Origin: Chlamydiales bacterium
GTDB lineage: Bacteria; Chlamydiota; Chlamydiia; Chlamydiales; SM23-39
Assembly (NCBI GenBank): GCA_965261025.1
Contig: OZ253438.1
Span: 207,490 to 271,489, forward strand
DNA length: 64,000 bases
Direction: 5' to 3'
The notes below the pieces were generated by a model that saw nothing but the letters and a program-made list of their open reading frames with translations, was not told the origin of the DNA and did not search any database. The translations under genes and the position numbers were made by a program. Shown here piece by piece: positions 1-10,332 of this stretch; within the stretch, counting starts at the first letter, position 1, and each line of letters begins with the position of its first letter.

Positions 1-1665
1 AGTCATTTTCAGCAAATTTTTACAGCTCATGGGGTTACCATGATTTTTTTCGTGGGGATGGGAGTGGTCTTTGGAATTATTAACTTAGTTTTGCCTTTAC
101 AGATAGGAGCTAGAGATGTTGCCTTTCCTTTTTTGAATTCTTTGAGTTTTTGGCTTTTTTCTTCTGGAGCCCTTTTTATTTTAGTTTCTTTAATGGTAGG
201 TGTTTTTGCAGGAACCGGGTGGACGGCTTACCCTCCTTTATCTTCTTTGAAGTACAGTCCCGGAGTAGGGGTCGATTATTGGCTCTGGAGTGTGCAAATT
301 TCAGGGGTAGGAACGCTTCTTTCAGGGATTAATTTTTTGGTTACGATTTTGAAGATGCGTTGTCCTGGAATGAGCTTTATGAAAATGCCTATATTTGTTT
401 GGAGTGTTTTAGCAACGGTGATTTTAGTTCTCTTTGCTTTTCCTATTTTGACAGCCACAGGAGCCATGCTTACTTCGGATAGACTCTTTCATACACAAAT
501 TTTCAATCCTGAAAAGGGGGGCAATCCCATGATGTATATCAACCTTATATGGGCTTGGGGACATCCTGAAGTATATATTTTAGTACTTCCTGCTTTTGGG
601 ATATTTTCCGAGATAGTACCTGTTTTTTCTCGAAAAAAACTCTTCGGCTATACCTCCATGGTTTGGGCTATTTTTGCTATTACGTTCCTCTCTTTTATCG
701 TTTGGCTTCACCACTTTTTTACCATGGGAGCAGGACCCAATGTAAATGCTTTTTTTGGGATTATGACCATGGTAATAGCTGTTCCAACAGGGGTAAAAGT
801 ATTTAATTGGCTTTTTACTTTGTTTCGAGGAAAAGTAGAATGCAAAACTCCCATGCTTTGGTTTTTTGCCTTTATCATTACTTTCACCATAGGAGGAATG
901 GCCGGAGTTTTAATGGCTATTCCAGGAGTCGATTTTCAGGCTCATAATAGCTTATTTTTAGTAGCGCATTTTCATTCGGTAATTATTGGGGGGGTGCTTT
1001 TTGGTTTTTTTGCTGGATATACTTATTGGTTTCCTAAGTTTTTTGGTTTTTGTTTAGAGGAAAAAACAGGAAGACAAGCTTTCTGGTGCTGGCTTATAGG
1101 TTTCTTAGTTGCTTTTTTGCCTCTTTACCTATTGGGTTTTATGGGCGCTACGAGAAGGCTCAATCACTACGAAGCAGAAACGGGATGGCAGCCTCTTTTT
1201 ATACTAGCCTCAATCGGGGCTATTTTTATTTTTTTTGGTTTTCTGCTCCAGATAAAGCAGTTATGGGTCTCTATTAAATATAGAGAGAAAAACAGAGATA
1301 CTACAGGAGACCCCTGGGGAGGAAGAACTCTAGAGTGGGCCTGCTCTTCTCCTCCTCCTTTTTATAATTTTGCTAAAACTGCTGAAGTACGTAGTAAAGA
1401 CCCCTTTTGGGAGGCAAAAAAGCAGAAAATCTCCCTTTTTCCTGGTAAATATGAAACAATTCATATGCCTAAAAACACAGCGACAGGTTTTTATGTAGGG
1501 GTAGGGAGTTTTATTTTTGGTTTTTCTATGGTATGGCACATTTTTTGGTTAGGACTGCTCAGCCTGGGTTTTCTTTTAGGCTCAATCATTTTGAGATTAT
1601 ATAAGAAAGAAGTGGAATACGCCATTTCTAAAGAAGAAATAGAGCATTTAGATAAAGGATCTTAA
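1..1665 (+). CDS. cyoB: Cytochrome bo3 (o-type) ubiquinol oxidase subunit I, 5' end outside window
   Basis: Frame 1 is open from nt 1 ([17 protein letters not shown]...), so the gene starts upstream. Heme-copper oxidase subunit I signatures [26 protein letters not shown] and LVAHFH are present. The C-terminal [27 protein letters not shown] and IHMPKNT closely resemble E. coli CyoB as I recall it. cyoC and cyoD follow directly. Confidence 0.9.
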   Translation, partial: SHFQQIFTAHGVTMIFFVGMGVVFGIINLVLPLQIGARDVAFPFLNSLSFWLFSSGALFILVSLMVGVFAGTGWTAYPPLSSLKYSPGVGVDYWLWSVQISGVGTLLSGINFLVTILKMRCPGMSFMKMPIFVWSVLATVILVLFAFPILTATGAMLTSDRLFHTQIFNPEKGGNPMMYINLIWAWGHPEVYILVLPAFGIFSEIVPVFSRKKLFGYTSMVWAIFAITFLSFIVWLHHFFTMGAGPNVNAFFGIMTMVIAVPTGVKVFNWLFTLFRGKVECKTPMLWFFAFIITFTIGGMAGVLMAIPGVDFQAHNSLFLVAHFHSVIIGGVLFGFFAGYTYWFPKFFGFCLEEKTGRQAFWCWLIGFLVAFLPLYLLGFMGATRRLNHYEAETGWQPLFILASIGAIFIFFGFLLQIKQLWVSIKYREKNRDTTGDPWGGRTLEWACSSPPPFYNFAKTAEVRSKDPFWEAKKQKISLFPGKYETIHMPKNTATGFYVGVGSFIFGFSMVWHIFWLGLLSLGFLLGSIILRLYKKEVEYAISKEEIEHLDKGS

Positions 1666-2259
1666 ATGGAGGAAGTTAACACAAAGGCTTACCCTGATGT
1701 ACACCAGGATAGCTATTCGAAGACGATTTTTGGATTTTGGCTGTATCTATTTAGCGATTTTATTATGTTTGCCTCTTTGTTTGCTGTTTATGCTGTTTTA
1801 AGAACATCGCATGGATCTGAGAGTTTACAAAAACATCTAATGAGCCTTCCCTTTTCCTTTTTTCAAGCGGTTACTCTTTTTCTAGCTAGTTTTTCCTCAG
1901 GGATAGCAGGGGTTTTTACTCACAAAAGGAAAAAAAATCCCCTGATTCTTTGGTGGGCCATTACTTTTTTTTTCGGAGCTTTATTTTTTGTTTTACAGAT
2001 GAAAGAATTTTCCTATTTAGTCCAAGGGGGAAATACTTGGGCAAAAAATGCTTTTTTTTCGATCTATTTTACCATTGTAGCAACGCATATGCTTCATGTA
2101 TTTTTTGCTCTTGTTTGGATTGTAGTTCTTTTAATTCCTCTGCGAAAGAGTTTAATTCATTTAGTGGAGGTAAAAAGGTTTATTTGTCTGAAAATGTTTT
2201 GGCAATTTTTAAATGTAGTATGGGTTTTTATCTTTACCATAATTTACCTCATGAAATAA
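1666..2259 (+). CDS. cyoC: Cytochrome bo3 ubiquinol oxidase subunit III
   Basis: 197 aa, multi-TM. The ATG directly follows the cyoB stop. IFGFWLYLFSDFIMFASLFAVYAVL and the C-terminal FWQFLNVVWVFIFTIIYLMK parallel E. coli CyoC ([20 protein letters not shown]). Confidence 0.8.
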   Translation: MEEVNTKAYPDVHQDSYSKTIFGFWLYLFSDFIMFASLFAVYAVLRTSHGSESLQKHLMSLPFSFFQAVTLFLASFSSGIAGVFTHKRKKNPLILWWAITFFFGALFFVLQMKEFSYLVQGGNTWAKNAFFSIYFTIVATHMLHVFFALVWIVVLLIPLRKSLIHLVEVKRFICLKMFWQFLNVVWVFIFTIIYLMK

Positions 2260-2274
2260 GGGAGTTTTGCGTAA

Positions 2275-2595
2275 GTGGATCTTGAACACAAATGGAATCT
2301 TAGTTTGAAGCCCCTTTTAGGAGGGGGAATCGTTTCTTTTTCTCTACTTTGTTTCTCCTACTTCTTTGGAATAAATGCGCTATTTTTGCAGGACACTCTC
2401 CGGTGGATTTTAATGGGGCTAGCTTTATTTCAAGCGGTAGTACAACTTATTTTTTTTCTTCACTTAGGAATTGAGTCAAGGCCTAGGTGGAATTTGATGA
2501 TCTTTTTCTTTATGGTAGTAGTGATTTTCCTGGTAATTGGAGGCTCCCTCTGGATCATGCATAATCTGAGTTACAATGTAATGATAACCGATTAA
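2275..2595 (+). CDS. cyoD: Cytochrome bo3 ubiquinol oxidase subunit IV (small 3-TM subunit)
   Basis: 106 aa with three hydrophobic helices and a GTG start shortly after cyoC. The assignment rests mostly on size, topology and operon position. Confidence 0.6.
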   Translation: MDLEHKWNLSLKPLLGGGIVSFSLLCFSYFFGINALFLQDTLRWILMGLALFQAVVQLIFFLHLGIESRPRWNLMIFFFMVVVIFLVIGGSLWIMHNLSYNVMITD

Positions 2596-2602
2596 GAGAG
2601 AT

Positions 2603-4741
2603 ATGACTTTTTTTGCAGAGATAGAAAAAGGGGTAAAAAAACTAGCCTCTCTTTTTCATGATAATCCTCATTCTTTTTTAGGGCTTCAAGAGGAGGGAAA
2701 TAGAAAAAAAATTCATCTTTGGATTCCTGGAGAAAAGCAAGCTTGGATAGAAGTAAAAGGAAAACAAGAGGCTCTTTCTCTAGTCCATAAAGCAGGGTTG
2801 TTCTCGTATGAGTTAAAAGAAGATTTAGGGGCTTTTCATTATCAAATTATCTATCCGAATGGATTAAAGACTTTTGACCCGTACAATTTTCCTCCCTTTT
2901 TTGAAGAGAGAGAGCAAAAGCTTTTCCTGGAGGAAAGTCACCCTTTTTTATATGAGAAGATGGGAGCTTCGATCTTAGAAAAAAATGGGATAGAGGGAAC
3001 TCTTTTTTCGGTTTGGGCGCCTCGGGCGTTGGGGGTATCTGTGGTAGGGGATTTTAACAACTACAACAGTAGACTACACCCTATGAGAAGGCTTTCTCCT
3101 TCAGGAATTTTTGAACTTTTTATTCCCAACGTAGGCGAAGGAGCTTTGTATCAGTTTGAAATTCATAGCTGTAAAGGAGTAACGGTTCGTAAAAATGATC
3201 CTTTTGCTTTTTTTCAGAAGAAACGCCCTCTTTTGACTCCTGTTGTCTATAAACATCAGTTTTTATGGAAAGACCAGCTTTGGATGCAGAGAAGAAAACA
3301 AAAAAAGTATCAAAAAGAACCTATAAATATCTATGAAGTTCACTTAGGATCCTGGGCGCAACAAGAGGGATTTTTAAATTATCGAGATTTGGCTAAGAAG
3401 TTATCTGAGTATGTGAAAGAGATGCACTTCAATTATGTGGAGCTGCTTCCTATTATGGAACATCCCTTAGACGAATCTTGGGGATATCAAATTGTGGGAT
3501 TTTTTGCTCCCACCTCTAGATTTGGTTCTCCTGAGGATTTTCAGTATTTTGTAAATTACCTCCATGAAAGAGATATCGGGGTAATTCTAGATTGGTCTCC
3601 AGCTCATTTTCCCTCTGATAGTTTTGCCTTGGCAAACTTTGATGGTTCCCCCCTTTTTGAATACGAAGATATCCAAAAAAGAAAGCAACCCAAGTGGGAC
3701 ACCTTAGTATTTGACTATCAGAAAAAACAGGTACAAAATTTTTTGATTTCTAGCGTTTTATTTTGGTGTGAGAAGATGCATATAGACGGAATACGGGTAG
3801 ATGCGGTTTCTTCGATGCTTTTTTTAGACTTTTATAAAAAGCCAGGAGAATGGTCTCCAAACATTCATGGAGAAAAGTACAATCTGGAGGCAAAAGCTTT
3901 TTTGCAAAAACTCAACAAGATTGTAAAGGAAAAAATGCCCGATGTTTTGATGATAGCAGAAGAGGGAACTTCTTTTTGTGGAGTAACCACTCCCTTAGAA
4001 GAAGGAGGACTTGGTTTTGCCTTGAAATGGAACTTGGGATGGACCTTTGACACGCTCCTTTATTTTTCCAAGCCCTTACAGAAAAGAAAGAATTTTCAAG
4101 AAAAACTTCTTTTCAAAATGGTATATGACTACAACGAAAAGTTTTTATCTGTTTTATCTCATGATGAAGTGGCTTTAGGGTGTAAAAGCCTCTGGGATAA
4201 AATGCCTGGAGAAGAGATAGAAAAAGTAGCAAATATTCTTCTTTTATACAGCTACTTTATCTGCAGTACAGGTAAAAAACTGAGCTTTATGGGAATAGAA
4301 TTTGCGTATAGAAAAGAGTGGGATGCTTGCCAGGGTCTTCTTTGGGACCTTTTGGAGAAAGAGCCTCACAAGAGAGTGCAAGAAACTTGTAAAGCGTTAA
4401 ACTCTTTTTATCAAAAAAATAGCGCCCTCTGGGAAAAGGACTTTGAGAGAGAAGGTTTTGAATGGGTCTTTCAAGGAAAAGAGCCTGAGGAAGTAATTGC
4501 TTATATTCGAAGGTCTACTTCTCAAGAGCTTTTTATCATTCATCACTTTTCAGATCTTTCTTTACCCAGTTTGTTTTTCCCTATAAGCAAAAAGGTAGAA
4601 CTTCTTGCTAGAGTCAGTGCAAAGGGCTATGAAAAAAGGGGGGATGTAGTGGCAAAAATGGGGTATAATCAGCAAAGAATAAAGGGGCTTGAGATAGCTA
4701 TTTCCCCTTTATCCACCTTGATTTTTGAGGTTTTTCCTTAG
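2603..4741 (+). CDS. glgB: 1,4-alpha-glucan branching enzyme
   Basis: 712 aa with GH13 conserved regions ILDWSPAHF, IDGIRVDAVSSMLF, MIAEEGTSF and LSHDEV. An N-terminal CBM48-like stretch (FSVWAPRALGVSVVGDFNNYN) is present. Confidence 0.9.
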   Translation: MTFFAEIEKGVKKLASLFHDNPHSFLGLQEEGNRKKIHLWIPGEKQAWIEVKGKQEALSLVHKAGLFSYELKEDLGAFHYQIIYPNGLKTFDPYNFPPFFEEREQKLFLEESHPFLYEKMGASILEKNGIEGTLFSVWAPRALGVSVVGDFNNYNSRLHPMRRLSPSGIFELFIPNVGEGALYQFEIHSCKGVTVRKNDPFAFFQKKRPLLTPVVYKHQFLWKDQLWMQRRKQKKYQKEPINIYEVHLGSWAQQEGFLNYRDLAKKLSEYVKEMHFNYVELLPIMEHPLDESWGYQIVGFFAPTSRFGSPEDFQYFVNYLHERDIGVILDWSPAHFPSDSFALANFDGSPLFEYEDIQKRKQPKWDTLVFDYQKKQVQNFLISSVLFWCEKMHIDGIRVDAVSSMLFLDFYKKPGEWSPNIHGEKYNLEAKAFLQKLNKIVKEKMPDVLMIAEEGTSFCGVTTPLEEGGLGFALKWNLGWTFDTLLYFSKPLQKRKNFQEKLLFKMVYDYNEKFLSVLSHDEVALGCKSLWDKMPGEEIEKVANILLLYSYFICSTGKKLSFMGIEFAYRKEWDACQGLLWDLLEKEPHKRVQETCKALNSFYQKNSALWEKDFEREGFEWVFQGKEPEEVIAYIRRSTSQELFIIHHFSDLSLPSLFFPISKKVELLARVSAKGYEKRGDVVAKMGYNQQRIKGLEIAISPLSTLIFEVFP

Positions 4742-4749
4742 GATATTTT

Positions 4750-6744
4750 ATGCCTTTTAAAGAGATTCGTACAGAAGAAGAATATACACAATTAGTAGAG
4801 GAGATAAAAAAACATAATCGACTCTATTTTGAAGAGAGCAAACCCCTTATTTCTGATTACGAATTTGATCTTCTTTTGAAAAGTTTAGAAGCTTATGAAA
4901 AGAAAAACCCTGATAAGGTTTCTAGTGATTCTCCTTCGCAAAAAATAGGAGAAACAATCTTAAAAGGCTTTATACAAAGACCCCATAAAGCGCCTATGCT
5001 TTCCCTTGCGAATACCTATTCAAAGGAGGAGATTTTCCAGTTTATGGAGAGGGTAAAAAGAGTTTTATCCGTAGAAAAGCTCTTTTTTTGCTGTGAACTA
5101 AAATTAGATGGTATCGCTCTTTCCCTTTCTTATAAAAACGGAAAATTTGTAAGAGCTTTGACCAGGGGAGATGGAAAAGCAGGGGATGATATTACGGAAA
5201 ATGTGAGACAGATAGTCTCTGTACCTAAAGTAGTGGATTGCAAAGAGGATTTGGAGGTGCGAGGAGAAGTTTTTTTAAAATGGGAAACCTTTCATTTTCT
5301 CAATGCTAAAAGAGAAGAACAAGGGCTAGAGCTTTGGGCTAATCCCAGAAATGCAGCAGCGGGTTCTTTAAAGCTTTTAGATACGAAAGAGGTAAAAAGA
5401 AGAAAGCTAGAGATAGCTTGCTATTCTTTAGTAGAAGGAGAGAAGTGGGTAAAAGGTCAGCATGAAATCTCTTCTTTTTTGCGAAAGAAAGGGTTTCCTG
5501 TTTTGGAAAAAAAGTTTTTTCAAAGAGCCTCTTCTTTGGAAGAGATTTTTTCTTTCATAGAAAGAGTAGAAAAAGAGAGAAGTACTCTTGCCTTTCAAAT
5601 AGATGGAATCGTTATTAAGGTAGATGACCTTTCTTTCCATAAAAAATTAGGTGCCACAGGAAAATTTCCGAGATTTGCTGTAGCCTACAAGTATGCTCCT
5701 GAGCAAATAGAGACAGTAATCGAAGATATTACAGTACAGGTGGGAAGAACAGGGGTTTTAACCCCTGTTGCAGAGCTAAAACCTGTTCCTTTAGCAGGAA
5801 GTGTGATAAAAAGGGCTACTTTACATAATGTAGAAGAAGTAGAGAGAAAAGACATCCGCATCCAAGATACAGTCCTTCTAGAAAAAGGAGGAGATGTAAT
5901 TCCTAAGGTGATCAAGGTACTTTTAGAAAAGAGAAAAAAGGGAGTCAAAAAGTGGCTTTTTCCTAAAAGATGTCCCATATGTCACAGCGATGTGACCAGA
6001 GAAGAAGGAGAAGTAGCTATTCGCTGCTCTAATAAAAAATGTGGAGGACAAAAGCTAAAAAAAATCATCTTTTTTGCCTCCAAAAAAGGACTGGATATTG
6101 AACATTTGGGAGAAAAAGTAATTACAAGACTTTTTGATCTTGGTATGGTAAGAAGATTCTCTGATATTTTTCTTTTAAATGAATCAGGGCTTTCTCAGCT
6201 GGAGGGATTTAAGGAAAAATCGATCCATAACCTTTTATCCAGCATAGAGAAAGCTAAAACAACGACCTTACCCAGATTTCTTTCTGCTTTAGGGATCTCT
6301 TATGTTGGAGAAGAAACAGCAGAAGTTTTAGCCTCTTTGGGTTCTTTAGAAAAGCTTAGCCAAGCAACTGTAGAGCAGCTACAAGAGTTAGAAGGAATAG
6401 GGGAAAAGGTAGCCCATGCTGTTGCGCTCTTTTTTCAAGAAGAAGAAAACCAGAAGGAAATAAAGCTTCTTTTAGAGCAGGGTATCCTTTTTTCCAAAAT
6501 CTCCTCCCAAAAAGAAGAACATCTTTTTTCAGGAAAAACCTTTGTCCTAACAGGGACTCTATCAGGATATTCTAGGGAAGAAGCCTCTTCTTTGATTAGA
6601 GAAAGAGGGGGAAAAATTAGTAGTTCTGTAAGTAATAAGACCGACTATTTGCTCTTAGGAGAAAATCCCGGGTCGAAATACCAAAAAGCTAAAAAACTCT
6701 CCACTACTATCCTTTCGGAAGAGCAGTTTATTTCATTACTTTAG
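4750..6744 (+). CDS. ligA: NAD-dependent DNA ligase
   Basis: 664 aa. Has the adenylation motif CELKLDGIALSL (KxDG), a four-Cys zinc finger (CPICHSDV...RCSNKKCGG), an HhH region and a C-terminal BRCT (GKTFVLTGTL). Confidence 0.95.
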   Translation: MPFKEIRTEEEYTQLVEEIKKHNRLYFEESKPLISDYEFDLLLKSLEAYEKKNPDKVSSDSPSQKIGETILKGFIQRPHKAPMLSLANTYSKEEIFQFMERVKRVLSVEKLFFCCELKLDGIALSLSYKNGKFVRALTRGDGKAGDDITENVRQIVSVPKVVDCKEDLEVRGEVFLKWETFHFLNAKREEQGLELWANPRNAAAGSLKLLDTKEVKRRKLEIACYSLVEGEKWVKGQHEISSFLRKKGFPVLEKKFFQRASSLEEIFSFIERVEKERSTLAFQIDGIVIKVDDLSFHKKLGATGKFPRFAVAYKYAPEQIETVIEDITVQVGRTGVLTPVAELKPVPLAGSVIKRATLHNVEEVERKDIRIQDTVLLEKGGDVIPKVIKVLLEKRKKGVKKWLFPKRCPICHSDVTREEGEVAIRCSNKKCGGQKLKKIIFFASKKGLDIEHLGEKVITRLFDLGMVRRFSDIFLLNESGLSQLEGFKEKSIHNLLSSIEKAKTTTLPRFLSALGISYVGEETAEVLASLGSLEKLSQATVEQLQELEGIGEKVAHAVALFFQEEENQKEIKLLLEQGILFSKISSQKEEHLFSGKTFVLTGTLSGYSREEASSLIRERGGKISSSVSNKTDYLLLGENPGSKYQKAKKLSTTILSEEQFISLL

Positions 6745-7260
6745 GTGGAAGATTTCATGACACCAATCATACCACATCCCACTGCTGTTTCCTGCATCTC
6801 CGGTTGGTTGAGAGATACAATCATCTGCTTTTTGATGGACAATCACAGCTTTTCTCAAAAGTGCTGTATCTGCTTTGCAAGGACAGGTTTTTCAAGGTGT
6901 TCTCCTATTTGGCATATCCTCTCTTATTGGTTACCAAATTTCCCCCATTGCGTGCGTTGCGATCTTTAGTATAGAGGCGCCCCTATTTTTTGTGAGTGGG
7001 GTTGAAATGACCTCCTGCAGAAAGAGAGATTTGGAGAGCTACAGTCTCCACATTCACGGATAGGAAATCCAGGTTCTCCCGGGCTTAGTCCCTCTATTTC
7101 AGCAGAGACCAAAACTCTGGTATTTTTTCTGGGTAAAGATCCCACCCACTGTTGCTTGACTATTTCAAGGTTCCTTTTCTCTTTTGTAAAAAAGGTTTTC
7201 CCCTTCCATAAAAATCCAGGAATTTTTGAGAAAATCCCTGCTATGACAAAGATCTATCTC
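6735..7260 (-). pseudogene. sodC: Decayed periplasmic Cu/Zn superoxide dismutase gene (multiple frameshifts, stops and ligand substitutions)
   Basis: Minus-strand translation spread over three frames gives TRVLVSAEIEGLSPGEPGFPIRECGDCSS, then AGGHFNPTHKK*, then DRNARNGGNLVTN, then KAVIVHQKADDCISQPTGDAGNS. This follows the SodC pattern (PGxHGFHIHExGxC / AGGHFNP / DRHxGDLGN / VVHxxxDDxxSQPTGNAG). No intact ORF exists, and His ligands are replaced (GFPIRE for GFHIHE). Confidence 0.6.
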
Positions 7261-7491
7261 AATTTTTTCCCTTAACAAAAAGTTTTCCTAAGGTCTTTTT
7301 ACAGAGTGCGGTTTCCCTTTCTAAAAAAGGAATTACTTCTTCTTTTGGGCCTTAACAGGTCTCATGCTCAATCTAAGCAGAGTGGGAAGAAGATTTTTCC
7401 TTTTTACTCCTCTTATATCATAACCGCATCTCATTTTGTTTAATTACAAACTCTAAACTAGCAAATCTTTTGTTATTTTGACTGCTTAGGG

Positions 7492-10170
7492 TTACAAGGC
7501 CTCATCGTCTCCAATTTCCCGGTTTACAGTGTTTAAAAATGTCCTTTCTTTTATTGGTAAGCGCTTCCCTTTTTGAAGAAGATCGTAGGCTTGTTCTATA
7601 AGAGATTTTCCATCAGATTGTTCTAGGTCATAGACGGACTTTAAAAGAGAAGTGATGTGGCATCTTAGGATTGTTATTTTGTTCTGCAGTTGGGATATAT
7701 CAAGGCCTTCTATTCTGCCTTTGAGGCTGTGAAGTTGAACAATAGCAGAGAAAAGATGTATCGCTGAGGGATTTTGCTTTTTGGCTATAGCTTGCTCAGG
7801 GAGTAAATCTGAAGAAGTAAATTGCTTAATTACTTCGGTAGAAGTAGAAAAAGTCTCTTGAGAAATAGAAAAACCAAATAAGCGCTCATATTTGAAAGGG
7901 TTAAGACTTATTGCAATGTGGGTGATTTTTCTCCTCTCTTGCTCTAAGTCCCTCAGATAGTTTTCCCCTTCAAATAAGATTTCTATATAGTTCTGTATTT
8001 CTTCTTCAGTAGAATCTTTACTAAGAGAAGGCATGTTGAACTTTTTGTCGATAGATCGGTATTGTAAAGTCATTTTGTTACAGGTTTGCTTTACCTGCGG
8101 AAATCCCTGGTCTTCCTCTTTCTGGATTCGAAAGATTTCTTGCATTTTTAGGAGATCTTGAACTCCTTGTTGAGCAATTTGCTCCTCTTGAAGACGGAAA
8201 TTTTGAGCTTCTGTTTGGTCTGAAATTAACGCATTAAGCCTATCTAGTTCTTGTTGAAAAGAATCTGAATCTAAAAGTTTGAGAAGATAATTTTTTTCTT
8301 CCCTTACGCTAAGAAGGAAGGCTTGATGATAATTTTCTGGAGTAAGGTATTTAAATAGCCAGTCTCTTTGGCATCTATAAACTCCTTTAATGAATTCTAC
8401 CCTATCTTCATTGCTTTTTCCTTTAGTAACATGTTTATTCTTTAAATCTGTAAAGCTTGGTGAGCAATGAATAGGCGGCAAGGATTGGTGGATTGCTGTT
8501 GGGTTTTTAAAAATTTCTTCTAATTTTTTGACAAACTGTTCTTTACTTAAGAGTTTCGTATGATGGAAGTTTTCATAGGCTCTTATTTCAAAATCTAATA
8601 CTTGTAGCAGAGCGGTATAGTAATTCTCAGGGGATAGATTTAAATTAGACAATATATCTCTGGCTTTTTTAAAGGTCTCTTTGATGTCTTGAAAAATTTC
8701 AGGCTTCTCCTTTTCGGAAAATCCCGTTTCAAGCTCCTCTAATAAGGACATGTACTGATTTGATAATGCCATCGATTCTTTAAGAAACTGGAGTAAATAT
8801 TTGAGAAATTTCTGATTTGCATCTGGACTGCTCCCGAGAAATATCAAACCCGTTTCTTTTGAGGTCCTTGATATAGGATTTATATTGGAATGAAACATTT
8901 TTTCTTTTTCCTTTTTTCCCTCTTCAAAACACCTAGCTACTTCTTCCTTACTGGGGAACTCTCTTTTAATTCTAGTAAGTTCTTGATTATAACTTTCTTG
9001 TGGCAGGGTTTCTTGAAGTAGTCTTTTCTCTCTATTTAAAATCCCAACAAGTTTTGAGTAATCCTCGAGGGTCTTAACAGGTTTTGATTTTAAAGGCTCT
9101 TTTGCTCTTTCAAAAGTTGTCTGTATTTCTCTCAGGCTAGGATATCTCGAAGAGATAATCTGAGATTGAGAATCATAGTCAGCTTCAGATAGAAATTGCC
9201 TTAATAAATTCAGTCTGATTTTTAGAACCTCCACTAAATGCTCTAAGCAACCTATGGTTTTATCTTCTTGGTTTTTTAAGGAGTCTTCTACCGTTTTAAA
9301 ATTTTTTTCTATTTCCTCCATTATTCGTATTTTTTCTTGGGAAAATGCCCTTTTATCTAGGAATCGTTTGGATAGAGCATATTCATCTAGCAGAACTACT
9401 TGGAATCCTTGGATGTATTCTATTCCTTCCGTGGTAGCTTGTAGGATAATCTTTTGTAATCTAAAATGATCGATTAGATCGGATGCTTTTTGTTTGTCCG
9501 AAATATTCTGGTTTTTTATTGTATTTTTTCTTTCTTCAAGGTTGTTAAAAAGGGACGAAAAAGACCTTTTTTCTAGAAATAGAAATTTTTGAAATAGGCC
9601 TTTTATAAAAAATTCTTCTTCAAGGAATTTTTCACTTATTGCACGCTGTTCGGCTACATTAGAAATTTCCTTTGTCTTTTCTTCTTTTTTATCAGAAAAA
9701 GCTCTTCCTAACTGGTTCAGAATATCTTGTTGCAGATCTTTGGAAAGCGCGCTCTCTTGATATGTTGCAAGTGTAAAAAACTCCTCTACTAAGAGATCTA
9801 ATATTTGTTGAAAGAGTAAAATTCTTTCCGTTTTGTTTTTTTTTACCTTTACTAAACTGCGTAGAAAGTCAGCGGTTACTATAAAATGCGCCTTTAGTTT
9901 TTCTGCTCTATGATCGGGGGTATTTTTTAGTACAAAGAGTTTTTCTTTTCGAAGAATTATCCATTCAGATAGTGATGGACCTATTTCTTCTTGTGCCATT
10001 CTATTAAGTAGTGCTGCAGTCATTAGAGGTTCTTTTGGGCTTAGTCGTTCATAACGCTTAAAAATTTCCTGCACAAAGTCAATTAAATGTCGAGGTGAAG
10101 GTTGTGATGGTTTTGAGGAAGATGAGGTACTAAATTCCGTAATATTATTAGTTGGTCCGACAGCTGTCAT
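7492..10170 (-). CDS. Large hypothetical protein, alpha-helical with internal repeats; no recognisable domain
   Basis: Uninterrupted 892-aa ORF with a Ser/Thr/Pro-rich N-terminus (MTAVGPTNNITEFSTSSSSKPSQPSP). E/K/L/Q-rich throughout, with recurring modules (LSPENYYTALLQVLDFEI, LTPENYHQAFLLSVREE, LPQESYNQELTRIKREF). Confidence 0.6.
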   Translation of the reverse strand: MTAVGPTNNITEFSTSSSSKPSQPSPRHLIDFVQEIFKRYERLSPKEPLMTAALLNRMAQEEIGPSLSEWIILRKEKLFVLKNTPDHRAEKLKAHFIVTADFLRSLVKVKKNKTERILLFQQILDLLVEEFFTLATYQESALSKDLQQDILNQLGRAFSDKKEEKTKEISNVAEQRAISEKFLEEEFFIKGLFQKFLFLEKRSFSSLFNNLEERKNTIKNQNISDKQKASDLIDHFRLQKIILQATTEGIEYIQGFQVVLLDEYALSKRFLDKRAFSQEKIRIMEEIEKNFKTVEDSLKNQEDKTIGCLEHLVEVLKIRLNLLRQFLSEADYDSQSQIISSRYPSLREIQTTFERAKEPLKSKPVKTLEDYSKLVGILNREKRLLQETLPQESYNQELTRIKREFPSKEEVARCFEEGKKEKEKMFHSNINPISRTSKETGLIFLGSSPDANQKFLKYLLQFLKESMALSNQYMSLLEELETGFSEKEKPEIFQDIKETFKKARDILSNLNLSPENYYTALLQVLDFEIRAYENFHHTKLLSKEQFVKKLEEIFKNPTAIHQSLPPIHCSPSFTDLKNKHVTKGKSNEDRVEFIKGVYRCQRDWLFKYLTPENYHQAFLLSVREEKNYLLKLLDSDSFQQELDRLNALISDQTEAQNFRLQEEQIAQQGVQDLLKMQEIFRIQKEEDQGFPQVKQTCNKMTLQYRSIDKKFNMPSLSKDSTEEEIQNYIEILFEGENYLRDLEQERRKITHIAISLNPFKYERLFGFSISQETFSTSTEVIKQFTSSDLLPEQAIAKKQNPSAIHLFSAIVQLHSLKGRIEGLDISQLQNKITILRCHITSLLKSVYDLEQSDGKSLIEQAYDLLQKGKRLPIKERTFLNTVNREIGDDEAL

Positions 10171-10332
10171 ATTCTTATTTCTCCTATTTTTATATTAAAT
10201 TAAACAAAAGCGGGAGAGTTTACCTTGTAAAGGCGTTTTTTTAAAGAAAAACAGAAAAGAGTGTAGGGGCAAAGTAAAAGAGTCCTAATATTTCCTCTTT
10301 TTTGAATAGATAGGTGTTATGAGGAAAGTTTT

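Noticed and set aside
1950-2285. 111-aa ORF overlapping cyoC
   Set aside because: It is an alternative frame of a well-supported cyoC gene.
6745-7063. Two plus-strand ORFs (74 and 62 aa) after ligA
   Set aside because: They are antisense to the sodC pseudogene, whose family similarity explains the region. They have no start context.
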